Origin: an uncultured Gammaproteobacteria bacterium
Lineage (GTDB): Bacteria; Pseudomonadota; Gammaproteobacteria; DRLM01
Reading direction: 5' to 3'
Assembly (NCBI GenBank): GCA_963729605.1
Contig: CAVSNY010000007.1
Coordinates: forward strand, 1,088,001 to 1,152,000
Length of the DNA: 64,000 nt
Numbering within the stretch: position 1 is the first letter of the stretch; every line of letters starts with the position of its first letter. The notes under the pieces are model-generated. The model did no database searches, had not been told where the DNA came from, and saw only the letters and a program-made list of their open reading frames with translations. A program made the translations under genes and the position numbers. This document shows positions 19,604 through 29,351 of the stretch, piece by piece.

Positions 19604-21373
19604 ATGGCTTGGGAAGCATGGCTTACGCTGAGTGTGATCGCCTTCTGCCTGTGGGCGCTGGTCACTAACCGTCTCGCGCCCGATGTGATTTTGGTGGGCG
19701 GGGTGATGGTGCTGATGCTCGCCAAGGTCATCACGCCGCAGCAGGCGCTGGCCGGTATGTCCAACGAGGGTATGATTACCGTGGGGCTGCTCTACATCGT
19801 CGCCGCCGGTTTACAGGAGACCGGTGTCGTGCAATGGCTGGGCGGCGCGCTGCTTGGCAAGCCGCGTTCCGTGGCGCACGCGCAAGTCCGGCTCATGGCG
19901 CCGGTGGCGATCATGAGCGCCTTTCTCAACAACACGCCGCTGGTGGCGATGATGATCCCGGCGGTGCGCGACTGGGCCAAGAAATATCAGATATCGCCTT
20001 CCAAGCCGATGATGCCGCTGAGCTACGCCGCCATCATCGGCGGCACCTGCACCTTGATCGGCACCAGCACCAACCTGGTCGTGAACGGTCTCTGGATCAA
20101 GGAGACCGGCGGCGACAACCTCGGCATGTTCGAGATCGCCTGGGTGGGCATCCCGGGCGTGATCGTGGTGATCGCCATGGTGCTGTTGCTCAGCCGCTGG
20201 GCCCTGCCCGATCGGCAATCGGCCATCAGCAAATTGGACAACGCCCGCAATTACATCGTGGAGATGATCGTCGAACCGGGCAGTCCGCTGCACGGCAAGA
20301 CCATCGAACAAGCCGGGCTGCGTCACTTGCCGGGCATGTACCTCATCGAGATCGAGCGCAACGGCCACAGCCTGCCGGCGGTCTCGCCCCAGGAGCGGCT
20401 GGCGGAGCATGATCGGTTGATCTTCGCCGGCGTGGTGGAGTCGGTGGTGGATCTGCACAAATTCCGCGGCCTGCAGCCGGCCACCGATCAGGTGTTCAAA
20501 CTCGACTCGCCGCGCAGCGAACGCTGCCTGGTCGAGGCGGTGGTCTCCGACAGTTGCCCGCTGGTGGGCAAGACCATCCGCGAGGGACGCTTTCGCACCG
20601 CTTATAACGCGGCGGTGATTGCCGTGGCGCGCAACGGCGAGCGCATTCAGCAGAAGATCGGCGACATCGAGCTGCGTCCCGGCGATACCTTGTTGTTGGA
20701 AGCGAACTCGTCCTTCGCCGCGCAGCAGCGCAATTCGCGCGATTTCTTTCTGGTGAGCCAGGTGGAGGATTCCACGCCGCCGCGTCACGACAAGGCCAAG
20801 ATCGCGCTCGCCATCCTGTTCGCCATGGTCTCGGCCGCCACCGCCGGCTGGCTCAGCATGCTCGAGGCGGCGATGATCGCCGCCGGCTTGATGGTGGTGA
20901 CAAAATGCATAGGCCTGACCGGCGCGCGGCGCAGCGTAGATTGGCAGGTGCTGATCGTCATCGCCGCCTCGTTCGGTTTGGGTACCGCGCTGGAGGTGAC
21001 CGGCGCCGCCACGGTCATCGCCCAGCAGGTGATCGCGCTCGCGGCGGGCGACGCCTGGCTTACGCTGTTATTCACCTTCGTCATCACCGCGGTGTTCACC
21101 GCGCTCATCACCAACAACGCGGCGGCGGTGCTGATGTTCCCCATTGTGATGCAGGCGGCCGAGACGCTGGCGGTGAGCCCGTTGCCGTTCGTCTTTACGT
21201 TGATGATCGCCGCCTCGGCGAGTTTCGCCACGCCCATCGGTTATCAGACCAATCTCATGGTCTACGGGCCGGGCGGTTATCGCTTCAGCGATTATTTCAA
21301 GATGGGCATTCCCATCACCCTCATGAAAGGCATCATCACGGTTATTATCGCGCCGTTGGTGTGGCAGTTTTGA
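19604..21373 (+). CDS. SLC13/DASS family permease with TrkA-C domains
   Basis: SAFLNNTP, GGTCTLIGTSTNL, two RCK-C repeats, ASASFATPIGYQTN. Confidence 0.9.
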   Translation: MAWEAWLTLSVIAFCLWALVTNRLAPDVILVGGVMVLMLAKVITPQQALAGMSNEGMITVGLLYIVAAGLQETGVVQWLGGALLGKPRSVAHAQVRLMAPVAIMSAFLNNTPLVAMMIPAVRDWAKKYQISPSKPMMPLSYAAIIGGTCTLIGTSTNLVVNGLWIKETGGDNLGMFEIAWVGIPGVIVVIAMVLLLSRWALPDRQSAISKLDNARNYIVEMIVEPGSPLHGKTIEQAGLRHLPGMYLIEIERNGHSLPAVSPQERLAEHDRLIFAGVVESVVDLHKFRGLQPATDQVFKLDSPRSERCLVEAVVSDSCPLVGKTIREGRFRTAYNAAVIAVARNGERIQQKIGDIELRPGDTLLLEANSSFAAQQRNSRDFFLVSQVEDSTPPRHDKAKIALAILFAMVSAATAGWLSMLEAAMIAAGLMVVTKCIGLTGARRSVDWQVLIVIAASFGLGTALEVTGAATVIAQQVIALAAGDAWLTLLFTFVITAVFTALITNNAAAVLMFPIVMQAAETLAVSPLPFVFTLMIAASASFATPIGYQTNLMVYGPGGYRFSDYFKMGIPITLMKGIITVIIAPLVWQF

Positions 21374-21426
21374 ACGGTGAGTCGTAAAAGGTTCTGAAGG
21401 TGTCGCGGTGATGCGCGGATGGCTAC

Positions 21427-22287
21427 TTACTTCATCGAGTGCAACTGTTCCGTCGCATACAGGGTGTTCTGCAACAGCGTCGCCACCGTCATCGGCCCGA
21501 CGCCGCCCGGCACCGGGGTGATCCAGCCGGCGCGTTGTCTGGCGACTTCGAAATCCACGTCGCCCACCAGCTTGCCTTCGGCGTCGCGGTTGATGCCGAC
21601 GTCGATGACGATGGCGCCCGGTTTGATCCACTCGCCTTTCACCAGCCCCGGTTTGCCGACCGCGACGACGAGGATGTCGGCGCGCGCCACATGGTCATGC
21701 AAATTTTTCGTGAAGCGATGGCAGGTGGTGACCGTGCAGCCGGCGAGCAATAATTCCAGACTCATCGGCCGGCCGACGATGTTGGAGGCGCCCACCACCA
21801 CCGCCTCCATGCCTTTGATGTTTTGGCCGGTGCTTTTCAGCAGCGTCATGACCCCGTGCGGCGTGCAGGGCCGCAGCGCCGGCAGGCGCACGGTGAGGCG
21901 GCCGATGTTGTAGGGGTGAAAGCCGTCGACGTCTTTGTCGGGATGGATGCGCTCGATCACGGTCTCGCTGTCGATGTGGCGGGGCAGCGGCAATTGCACT
22001 AGGATGCCGTCGATGTTCTCATCGCCGTTGAGTTCGTCGATCAGCTTCAATAGCGCGGCCTCGCTGGTGTCCGCCGGGAGGTCGAAGGATTGCGAGATGA
22101 ACCCCGCGTCGTTGCAGGCCTTGCGTTTGTTGTTCACGTACACTTCGGAGGCCGGGTCTTCGCCCACCAGAATCACCGCGAGCCCGGGCGGGCGCAGACC
22201 TTGCGCCGCCCGTTGCTGCACGGCGTGTTTGACCTCTTGGCGGATATGGCTAGCGATGGCCTTGCCATCGAGGATGTTAGCGCTCAT
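21427..22287 (-). CDS. folD: Methylenetetrahydrofolate dehydrogenase/cyclohydrolase
   Basis: [34 protein letters not shown]. Confidence 0.97.
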   Translation of the reverse strand: MSANILDGKAIASHIRQEVKHAVQQRAAQGLRPPGLAVILVGEDPASEVYVNNKRKACNDAGFISQSFDLPADTSEAALLKLIDELNGDENIDGILVQLPLPRHIDSETVIERIHPDKDVDGFHPYNIGRLTVRLPALRPCTPHGVMTLLKSTGQNIKGMEAVVVGASNIVGRPMSLELLLAGCTVTTCHRFTKNLHDHVARADILVVAVGKPGLVKGEWIKPGAIVIDVGINRDAEGKLVGDVDFEVARQRAGWITPVPGGVGPMTVATLLQNTLYATEQLHSMK

Positions 22288-22375
22288 GGGCGGCGGCCTG
22301 CGACATTAAGAAAAAAGAGGACGAAGTTTCTCATGCGGCCGTATGCGCTTACAAGTTGAGCGCGTGGCTGGCCGA

Positions 22376-23242
22376 TTAGGGTTGCCGTAAAAGTTCTATC
22401 ATCCGCCGCGCGGCATTGGACAAGGTGCGGGCATTATGGTGGACCACGCCGAGTTCGCGCTGCAACCGCACGCCCCGCACCTTGAATTCGTGCAGGCTGT
22501 CGTCAATCAAGGTGCGCGGCAAAAGACTCCAGCCGAGACCGATCGAGGCCATGGTCTTGAGGGTCTCCAGGTAATTGGTGGACAGGCTGGTCTTGATGTG
22601 CGCGTCCAGCGGCGCGAAGCCTTTTTCCAGAATTTCGCGGGTGGCCGTTTGCCGTGCGGGCAGCAGGGCAGGGTGGCGCACCAAGTCGTTTGCCGATACC
22701 AGCTTCGCCTGAGCGAGCGCGTGGCCGTGGCCGCAGACGAAACACAGCGGATCATTCCAGATCGCAATCGCCGTCAATTCCGCCGGCGGCGCCAGCGGCA
22801 AGGTGATCACCGCGAGTTCCAGTTCGCCCTGCGTGACGGCCGCGCAGGCGGTCTCCGAATCGAGAAAATGCAGGTCCAGCTCCACCTCGGGATGACGCCG
22901 GCTGTAGTCGCGGAGGATGGCGGGCAGATGATGTTGGCCGACGTGGTGGCTGGTGCCGAGCCGCAGCGGTCCGGCCACCTCGCCGGCCAGATTGCGGATG
23001 GCGCGGCGGCTGTCTTCCATCTCGGTGAGGATGCGTTGCGCGCGCGGCAGCAGGGCGCGGCCGGCCTCGGTCAAGGTCACCTGGCGGCCGATGCGGTCCA
23101 GCAGCCGGGTGGCGAGTTCGTCCTCCAGCTGGGCGATGCGTTTGCTGACGGCGGGCTGGGTGAGGTGCAGTTCGTCGGCGGCGCGCGAAAAAGACGCTGT
23201 CTGCGCCACGGCCAGAAAGGCCCGTAACTGGGTGGTGTTCAT
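22376..23242 (-). CDS. LysR-family regulator divergent from leuC
   Basis: HTH SFSRAADELHLTQPAVSKRI, LTEAG. Confidence 0.92.
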   Translation of the reverse strand: MNTTQLRAFLAVAQTASFSRAADELHLTQPAVSKRIAQLEDELATRLLDRIGRQVTLTEAGRALLPRAQRILTEMEDSRRAIRNLAGEVAGPLRLGTSHHVGQHHLPAILRDYSRRHPEVELDLHFLDSETACAAVTQGELELAVITLPLAPPAELTAIAIWNDPLCFVCGHGHALAQAKLVSANDLVRHPALLPARQTATREILEKGFAPLDAHIKTSLSTNYLETLKTMASIGLGWSLLPRTLIDDSLHEFKVRGVRLQRELGVVHHNARTLSNAARRMIELLRQP

Positions 23243-23264
23243 CGCAGGGCCTCGTTGGGATCGA

Positions 23265-23279
23265 ATTCCTAAAGAGAAT
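23265..23279. promoter_or_regulatory. Putative LysR binding site
   Basis: ATTC-N7-GAAT dyad (T-N11-A) in the AT-rich divergent promoter region. Confidence 0.5.
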
Positions 23280-23359
23280 ACAATAAATAAAAATTATGAA
23301 TTTGTGTAATGATATCGGCGGCGCTAATATTTGCGGCATGAGCGCGAGGACCGGTGACG

Positions 23360-24762
23360 ATGAGTAAAACCCTTTACGATAAATTGTGGGACGCCCATGT
23401 GGTGCGGCAGAACGACGACGGCAGTTGCCTGCTTTATATCGACCGGCAATTGGTGCACGAAGTCACCTCGCCCAGGCCTTCGACGGCCTGCGCCTCGCGA
23501 AACGCGGTGTATGGCGGCGCGAGGCCAATCTCGCCACCGCCGACCACAATGTGCCGACCACCGGCCGCGCCCAGGGCATCGCCGATCCGGTCTCGCGCGT
23601 GCAGGTCGAGACCCTGGACAGCAATTGCGCCGAGTTCGGCATCACCGAATACAAAATGGATGATCTGCGCCAGGGCATCGTCCACGTCATCGGCCCTGAG
23701 GCGGGCGCGACTCTGCCCGGCATGACCGTGGTCTGCGGCGATTCGCACACCTCCACCCACGGCGCGCTCGCCGCGCTGGCCTTCGGCATCGGCACCTCAG
23801 AGGTCGAGCACGCGCTCGCCACCCAGTGCCTGGTACAGAAAAAATCGAAGAACATGCTGGTGAGCGTCGACGGCGCGGTCGGTCCTGGCGTCACGGCGAA
23901 GGACATCGTGCTCGCGATCATCGGCGAGATCGGCACGGCGGGCGGCAACGGTTACGCCATCGAGTTCGGCGGCGACGCGATCCGCGCGCTGTCGGTTGAA
24001 GGCCGCATGACCGTCTGCAACATGGCCATCGAGGCCGGCGCCCGCGCCGGCATGGTGGCGGCGGACGAGAAGACCATGGCCTACGTGCGTGGCCGGCCGT
24101 TCGCGCCGAAGGCCGAGTTGTGGGACAAGGCGGTCGCCGCGTGGCGCGATCTGCACAGTGACGCCGACGCCAACTTCGATCGTGTCGTGCGCATCGATGC
24201 GACACGCATCAAACCGCAAGTCAGCTGGGGCACCTCGCCCGAGATGGTGACGGCGGTCGACGCGCACGTGCCCGATCCCGCGCAGGAGAGCGACCCCGTC
24301 AAGCGCGAGGGCATGATCCGCGCATTGAAATACATGGGCCTCGCCGCCGGTACACCCATCACCGAGATCAAGATCGACAAGGTCTTCATCGGTTCCTGCA
24401 CCAACTCGCGCATCGAGGATCTGCGCGCCGCGGCGGCCGTGGTGCGGGGCCGCAAAAAGGCGGCGAACGTGAAGCAGGTGTTGATCGTGCCGGGCTCGGG
24501 CCTGGTGAAGAGGCAGGCGGAACAGGAAGGCCTGGACAAGATATTCACCGCCGCCGGTTTCGAATGGCGCGAGCCGGGCTGCTCGATGTGCCTCGCCATG
24601 AACGCCGACCGCCTCGAGCCGGGTGAGCGTTGCGCCTCGACTTCGAACCGCAATTTCGAAGGCCGCCAGGGCGCGGGCGGGCGCACGCATCTCGTGAGTC
24701 CGGCCATGGCCGCGGCGGCGGCGGTGGCGGGGCACTTCGTCGACGTGCGGGAGTGGGATTGA
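23360..24762 (+). CDS. leuC: 3-isopropylmalate dehydratase large subunit (one frameshift near 23472)
   Basis: [16 protein letters not shown] in one frame, QAFDGL..CGDSHT..GSCTN..GCSMC..STSNRNF in another; a C is missing from ccc(c)ag. Confidence 0.92.
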
Positions 24763-24771
24763 AATGGTGAT

Positions 24772-24989
24772 GTAGGGTGGGTTAGGCACGTCTTCGCGCC
24801 GTAACCCACCAACCGTCGCGCAGCGACTCCTCATGTTTTTAAGGGGAGGCTGGGCAGATCAATGTAGGGTGGGTTAGCGCAGCGTAACCCACCAATCCGC
24901 GCCGTCAGGCGCTCATTACGGGAAGCGATCAATGAGTTGCTGCGCGACGTGTCGATGGGTTACGCCGCCGATGCGGTTAACCCACCCTG
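24772..24989. repeat. GTAG REP cluster (three arms)
   Basis: gtagggtgggttag...gtaacccacc at 24772 and 24864; inverted arm ending aacccaccctgt. Confidence 0.85.
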
Positions 24990-25036
24990 TATTTCTTTAA
25001 GTTGAAATGGTTCAGTGGATTTTTTTAGGTGATGTT

Positions 25037-25678
25037 ATGGAAAAATTAACGACCCTGACCGGCCTGGCGGCGCCTCTCGACCGCGCCAACGTCGATACCG
25101 ATCAGATCATCCCCAAGCAATATCTGAAGTCGATACACCGCACCGGTTTCGGTCCGACCTTGTTCGACGATTGGCGTTATCTCGATCCGGGTGAACCCGG
25201 TATGGACCATCGCCAGCGGCGCGTGAACCCCGACTTCGTGCTGAACTTGCCGCGTTATCAGGGCGCGCGGATCCTGCTGGCGCGCGACAACTTCGGCTGC
25301 GGCTCCTCGCGCGAACACGCGCCGTGGGCGCTGCTCGACTACGGTTTTCGCGTCATCATCGCGCCGAGTTATGCCGACATTTTTTTCAACAACTGTTTCA
25401 ACAACGGCATTCTGCCCATCGTGCTGCCGGCGGTGGCGCTGGATAAATTGTTCAGCGAGACTATGGCCACGCCGGGCTATCAACTCACCGTCGATCTGGC
25501 GGCGCAGAGCGTGACCACGCCGGACGGTGAGTCGTTCACCTTCGACATCGATGCCTTCCGCAAATACAAACTGCTCAACGGCCTCGACGACATCGGTCTC
25601 AGCTTGCAGCATGCCGACGACATCAAGGCCTATGAGGCGCGTCGCCGCGCCGAGGCGCCGTGGCTGTTTTCGAGTTGA
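25037..25678 (+). CDS. leuD: 3-isopropylmalate dehydratase small subunit
   Basis: [31 protein letters not shown]. Confidence 0.96.
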   Translation: MEKLTTLTGLAAPLDRANVDTDQIIPKQYLKSIHRTGFGPTLFDDWRYLDPGEPGMDHRQRRVNPDFVLNLPRYQGARILLARDNFGCGSSREHAPWALLDYGFRVIIAPSYADIFFNNCFNNGILPIVLPAVALDKLFSETMATPGYQLTVDLAAQSVTTPDGESFTFDIDAFRKYKLLNGLDDIGLSLQHADDIKAYEARRRAEAPWLFSS

Positions 25679-25763
25679 ATGTAGGGCGGGTTGCACGATG
25701 CTCGCGCGTCGCTCATCAACTTGATGTCTTCGCGTTGGATGTTCCTTCTAATCAGGTGACTAC

Positions 25764-26837
25764 ATGACCAAAAAAATCGCTGTACTGCCCGGTGACGGTA
25801 TCGGCCCCGAGATCGTCGCCGAGGCGATGAAAGTCTTGGAGGCGCTGCGCGCCTTCGGTTTCAAATTCGAGGCCGAGCATGCGCCCATCGGCGGTGCCGG
25901 TTACGACGCGGCGGGCGATCCGCTGCCGGAAGCGACTTTGAAACTCGCCAAGCAGGCCGACGCCGTGCTGCTGGGGGCGGTGGGCGGCCCGAAATACGAC
26001 ACGCTGCCGCGCGATAAACGTCCCGAACGCGGTCTGCTGCGCATCCGCAAGGAGCTCAAACTGTTTGCCAACCTGCGGCCGGCGTTGCTTTATCCGCAAC
26101 TCGCCGCGGCTTCCAGTTTGAAGCCCGAAGTGGTGTCCGGTCTCGACATCATGATCGTGCGCGAACTCACCGGCGATATTTATTTCGGTCAGCCGCGCGG
26201 CATCGAAACCCGCGACGGCGAGCGGGTCGGTTTCAACACCATGGTGTATTCCGAATCGGAGGTGCGGCGCGTCGCGCACGTGGCCTTCGGAATCGCCATG
26301 AAACGCCGCAAACAACTCTGCTCGGTGGAGAAGGCCAATGTGCTGGAGTGCAGCGAGTTGTGGAAAGAGATCGTCATCGAAGTCGGTAGGGACTATCCCG
26401 AGGTGGCATTGAGTCACATGTACGTCGATAATGCCGCTATGCAGTTGGTGCGCGCGCCCAAACAGTTCGACGTGATCGTCACCGGCAATATCTTCGGTGA
26501 TATCCTCTCCGACGAGGCCTCGATGCTCACCGGTTCCATCGGCATGTTGCCCTCGGCTTCGCTCGACGCCGACAACAAGGGTATGTACGAGCCGATACAC
26601 GGTTCGGCGCCGGACATCGCGGGTAAAGGCATCGCCAACCCGCTCGCCACGATTCTTTCCGTGGCGATGCTGTTGCGTTATACCTTGCAGGAGGCCGGCT
26701 TGGCCGACCGCATCGAGGCGGCGGTGCAAAAAGTGCTGGCGCAGGGCTATCGGACCGGCGATATTTATACCGAGGGCACCCGCAAGGTGGGTACCGTCGC
26801 CATGGGCGACGCGGTGGTCGCGGCGCTGCGGCAATAA
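25764..26837 (+). CDS. leuB: 3-isopropylmalate dehydrogenase
   Basis: [39 protein letters not shown]. Confidence 0.97.
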   Translation: MTKKIAVLPGDGIGPEIVAEAMKVLEALRAFGFKFEAEHAPIGGAGYDAAGDPLPEATLKLAKQADAVLLGAVGGPKYDTLPRDKRPERGLLRIRKELKLFANLRPALLYPQLAAASSLKPEVVSGLDIMIVRELTGDIYFGQPRGIETRDGERVGFNTMVYSESEVRRVAHVAFGIAMKRRKQLCSVEKANVLECSELWKEIVIEVGRDYPEVALSHMYVDNAAMQLVRAPKQFDVIVTGNIFGDILSDEASMLTGSIGMLPSASLDADNKGMYEPIHGSAPDIAGKGIANPLATILSVAMLLRYTLQEAGLADRIEAAVQKVLAQGYRTGDIYTEGTRKVGTVAMGDAVVAALRQ

Positions 26838-26839
26838 AT

Positions 26840-26958
26840 GTAGGGTGGGTTAGCGAAGCATAATCCGCTGATCGCGCCGCCGGATGTATTTATCTGTAGG
26901 AGTCGCTGCGCGACGCTTGGCGGGTTACGGCGCGAAAGACGCGCCTAACCCACCCTAC
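26840..26958. repeat. GTAG REP doublet (REPIN-like)
   Basis: gtagggtgggttagcg... and ...cctaacccaccctac; the right 60 bp is close to the reverse complement of 24772-24832. Confidence 0.85.
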
Positions 26959-26980
26959 ATCGACGAGTGAGGATGAAGCA

Positions 26981-28093
26981 ATGAAACGAGTAGGACTGAT
27001 CGGCTGGCGCGGCATGGTGGGTTCGGTGCTCATGCAGCGCATGCAGGAGGAGCGGGATTTCGCCGTCATCGATCCGGTGTTCTTCACCACCTCGCAGGTA
27101 GGCGGTAAAGGCCCGGCCGTCGGCAAGGACGTGCCGCCGCTGAAAGACGCGCGCAGCGTCGACGAACTGAAAAACATGGAGGTGATCATCTCCTGCCAAG
27201 GCGGCGACTACACCGCCGAGATTTATCCCAAGCTGCGCGCCGCCGGCTGGAAGGGATATTGGATCGACGCCGCCTCCACGCTGCGCATGGACCCGGACAG
27301 CATCATCGTCCTCGACCCGGTGAACAGCGACGTGATCAAGCGCGGTCTCGCCCAGGGCGTCAAGAATTACATCGGCGGCAACTGCACGGTGAGCCTGATG
27401 TTGATGGCGGTCGGCGGTTTGTATCAGCGCGGTTTGATCGAGTGGATGACCGCCATGACCTATCAGGCCGCCTCCGGCGCCGGCGCCAATAATATGCGCG
27501 AACTGATCAAGCAGATGGGCAGCATCCACGCGGCGGTGAAAAAGGAACTCGACGACCCGGCCGGCGCGATCCTGGATATCGACCGCAAGATGGCCGAGCA
27601 CATCCGCTCCGACGCCTACCCGAAAGAGTTTTTCGGCGTGCCGCTCGCCGGCAGCCTGATCCCGTGGATCGACAAGCAGCTCGACACCGGCCAGAGTAAA
27701 GAAGAATGGAAGGGTCAGGCCGAGACCAATAAGATTCTCGGCCGCGAAGCCAGCCCGGTGCCCATCGACGGCCTCTGCGTGCGGGTCGGCGCCATGCGCT
27801 GCCACAGCCAGGCGCTCACCATCAAACTCAACAAGGACGTGCCGCTGGATGAGATCCACGACATCCTCGCCGGCCACAATGCGTGGGTGAAGGTCGTGCC
27901 CAACGAGCGCGAACGCAGCATGCGCGAACTCACGCCCGCCGCCGTCACCGGCACCTTGGGCATACCGGTCGGCCGGCTGCGCAAACTCAATATGGGGCCG
28001 CAATTCCTCAGCGCATTTACCTGCGGCGACCAGCTGCTGTGGGGCGCGGCCGAACCCCTGCGGCGCATGCTGCGCATCTTGCTGGAGCAGTAG
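26981..28093 (+). CDS. asd: Aspartate-semialdehyde dehydrogenase
   Basis: [34 protein letters not shown]. Confidence 0.96.
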   Translation: MKRVGLIGWRGMVGSVLMQRMQEERDFAVIDPVFFTTSQVGGKGPAVGKDVPPLKDARSVDELKNMEVIISCQGGDYTAEIYPKLRAAGWKGYWIDAASTLRMDPDSIIVLDPVNSDVIKRGLAQGVKNYIGGNCTVSLMLMAVGGLYQRGLIEWMTAMTYQAASGAGANNMRELIKQMGSIHAAVKKELDDPAGAILDIDRKMAEHIRSDAYPKEFFGVPLAGSLIPWIDKQLDTGQSKEEWKGQAETNKILGREASPVPIDGLCVRVGAMRCHSQALTIKLNKDVPLDEIHDILAGHNAWVKVVPNERERSMRELTPAAVTGTLGIPVGRLRKLNMGPQFLSAFTCGDQLLWGAAEPLRRMLRILLEQ

Positions 28094-28100
28094 TCACTCA

Positions 28101-29126
28101 GTGAATAAAACCTATCGTATCGCCGTGGTCGGCGTCACCGGCCTGGTCGGCGAGACCGCGCTGGCCTTGCTGGCGGAGCGCGGCTTTCCCGTGTCAGAGG
28201 TGTTTGCCCTCGATGTGAAAACCGCCACCGGCGGCCGGGTCGGATTCAAGGACGCCTATCTGCGCGTGCAAGACCTGGCGGCCTTTGATTTCACTCGAGC
28301 CGATCTGGCCTTGTTTTGCGTCGACGAGGCGCTGGCCGCCGAACACGCGCCGCGCGCTGCGGCGGCGGGCTGCGTGGTCATCGACGACAGCGCGCAATTC
28401 CGCCTCGACGAAGACGTGCCGCTGGTGGTGCCCGAGGTCAATCCGCAGACGCTCGCCGGTTTTAATCAACGCCGTATCATCGCCAATCCCAACACCGGGG
28501 TGACCCTCATGTCGCTGGTGTTGAAACCGCTGCACGACGCGGCGGGCATCGAGCGCATCAACGTCTGCACTTACCAAGCGGTGTCCGGCACCGGCAAGGC
28601 GGCGGTGGACGAACTGGCGGGTCAGTCGGCGGCGATCTTCAATATGAAGCCGCTCAAGAGCCGGGTCTATCCCAAACAAATCGCCTTCAATGTCCTGCCG
28701 CAGATCGGCGAACTCTTGGACAACGGTTACACCCGCGAAGAAATGAAAATGTTGTGGGAGACGCGCAAGGTGTTGGCCGCCCCCGATTTGCGCGTGAACG
28801 CCACCACGGTGCGGGTGCCGGTGTTTTACGGCCACGCCCTGGCCCTGCACATCGAAACACGCGACAAACTCGCGGTGGACGACGCGCGCCGTTTATTGAA
28901 GAAGGCGCCCGGCGTGAAGCTGATGGACACCCGCAAGGCCGGCGGTTATCCCACGCCGGTGACCGAGGCCGCCGGCAATGACGCCGTTTACGTCGGCCGG
29001 CTTCGCGAGGACCTCTCTCATCCGCGTGGTTTAGCCTTGTGGAGTGTGGCCGACAACGTGCGTAAGGGGGCGGCCTTGAATGGTATTCAAATCGCCGAGA
29101 TTCTGGTAAAAGATTACCTCAATTGA
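28101..29126 (+). CDS. Second Asd-family (Usg-like) protein lacking the catalytic Cys
   Basis: PLVVPEVN, ANPNTG instead of ANPNCS, YQAVSGTG, DNVRKGAALN. Confidence 0.85.
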   Translation: MNKTYRIAVVGVTGLVGETALALLAERGFPVSEVFALDVKTATGGRVGFKDAYLRVQDLAAFDFTRADLALFCVDEALAAEHAPRAAAAGCVVIDDSAQFRLDEDVPLVVPEVNPQTLAGFNQRRIIANPNTGVTLMSLVLKPLHDAAGIERINVCTYQAVSGTGKAAVDELAGQSAAIFNMKPLKSRVYPKQIAFNVLPQIGELLDNGYTREEMKMLWETRKVLAAPDLRVNATTVRVPVFYGHALALHIETRDKLAVDDARRLLKKAPGVKLMDTRKAGGYPTPVTEAAGNDAVYVGRLREDLSHPRGLALWSVADNVRKGAALNGIQIAEILVKDYLN

Positions 29127-29351
29127 GGTCGATTGGACGTGGACGCCGCGGCGCGACGGTCACGGCGGCCCATGGCGCAAGGGGGGCGTTCGTCCCGGGA
29201 ACTCGATGTAACTAAAGCAATTGGCGGACAAACCGATACGTATATCCGACACGTGTTGTCGCGCGTGATACAAGAGGATGGCCGCTAAGAGGGATGGGCC
29301 GGGATGTCAAAGGGTAGACGGGTGACAAGCAAAAAAGGGACACGCTCGAAT

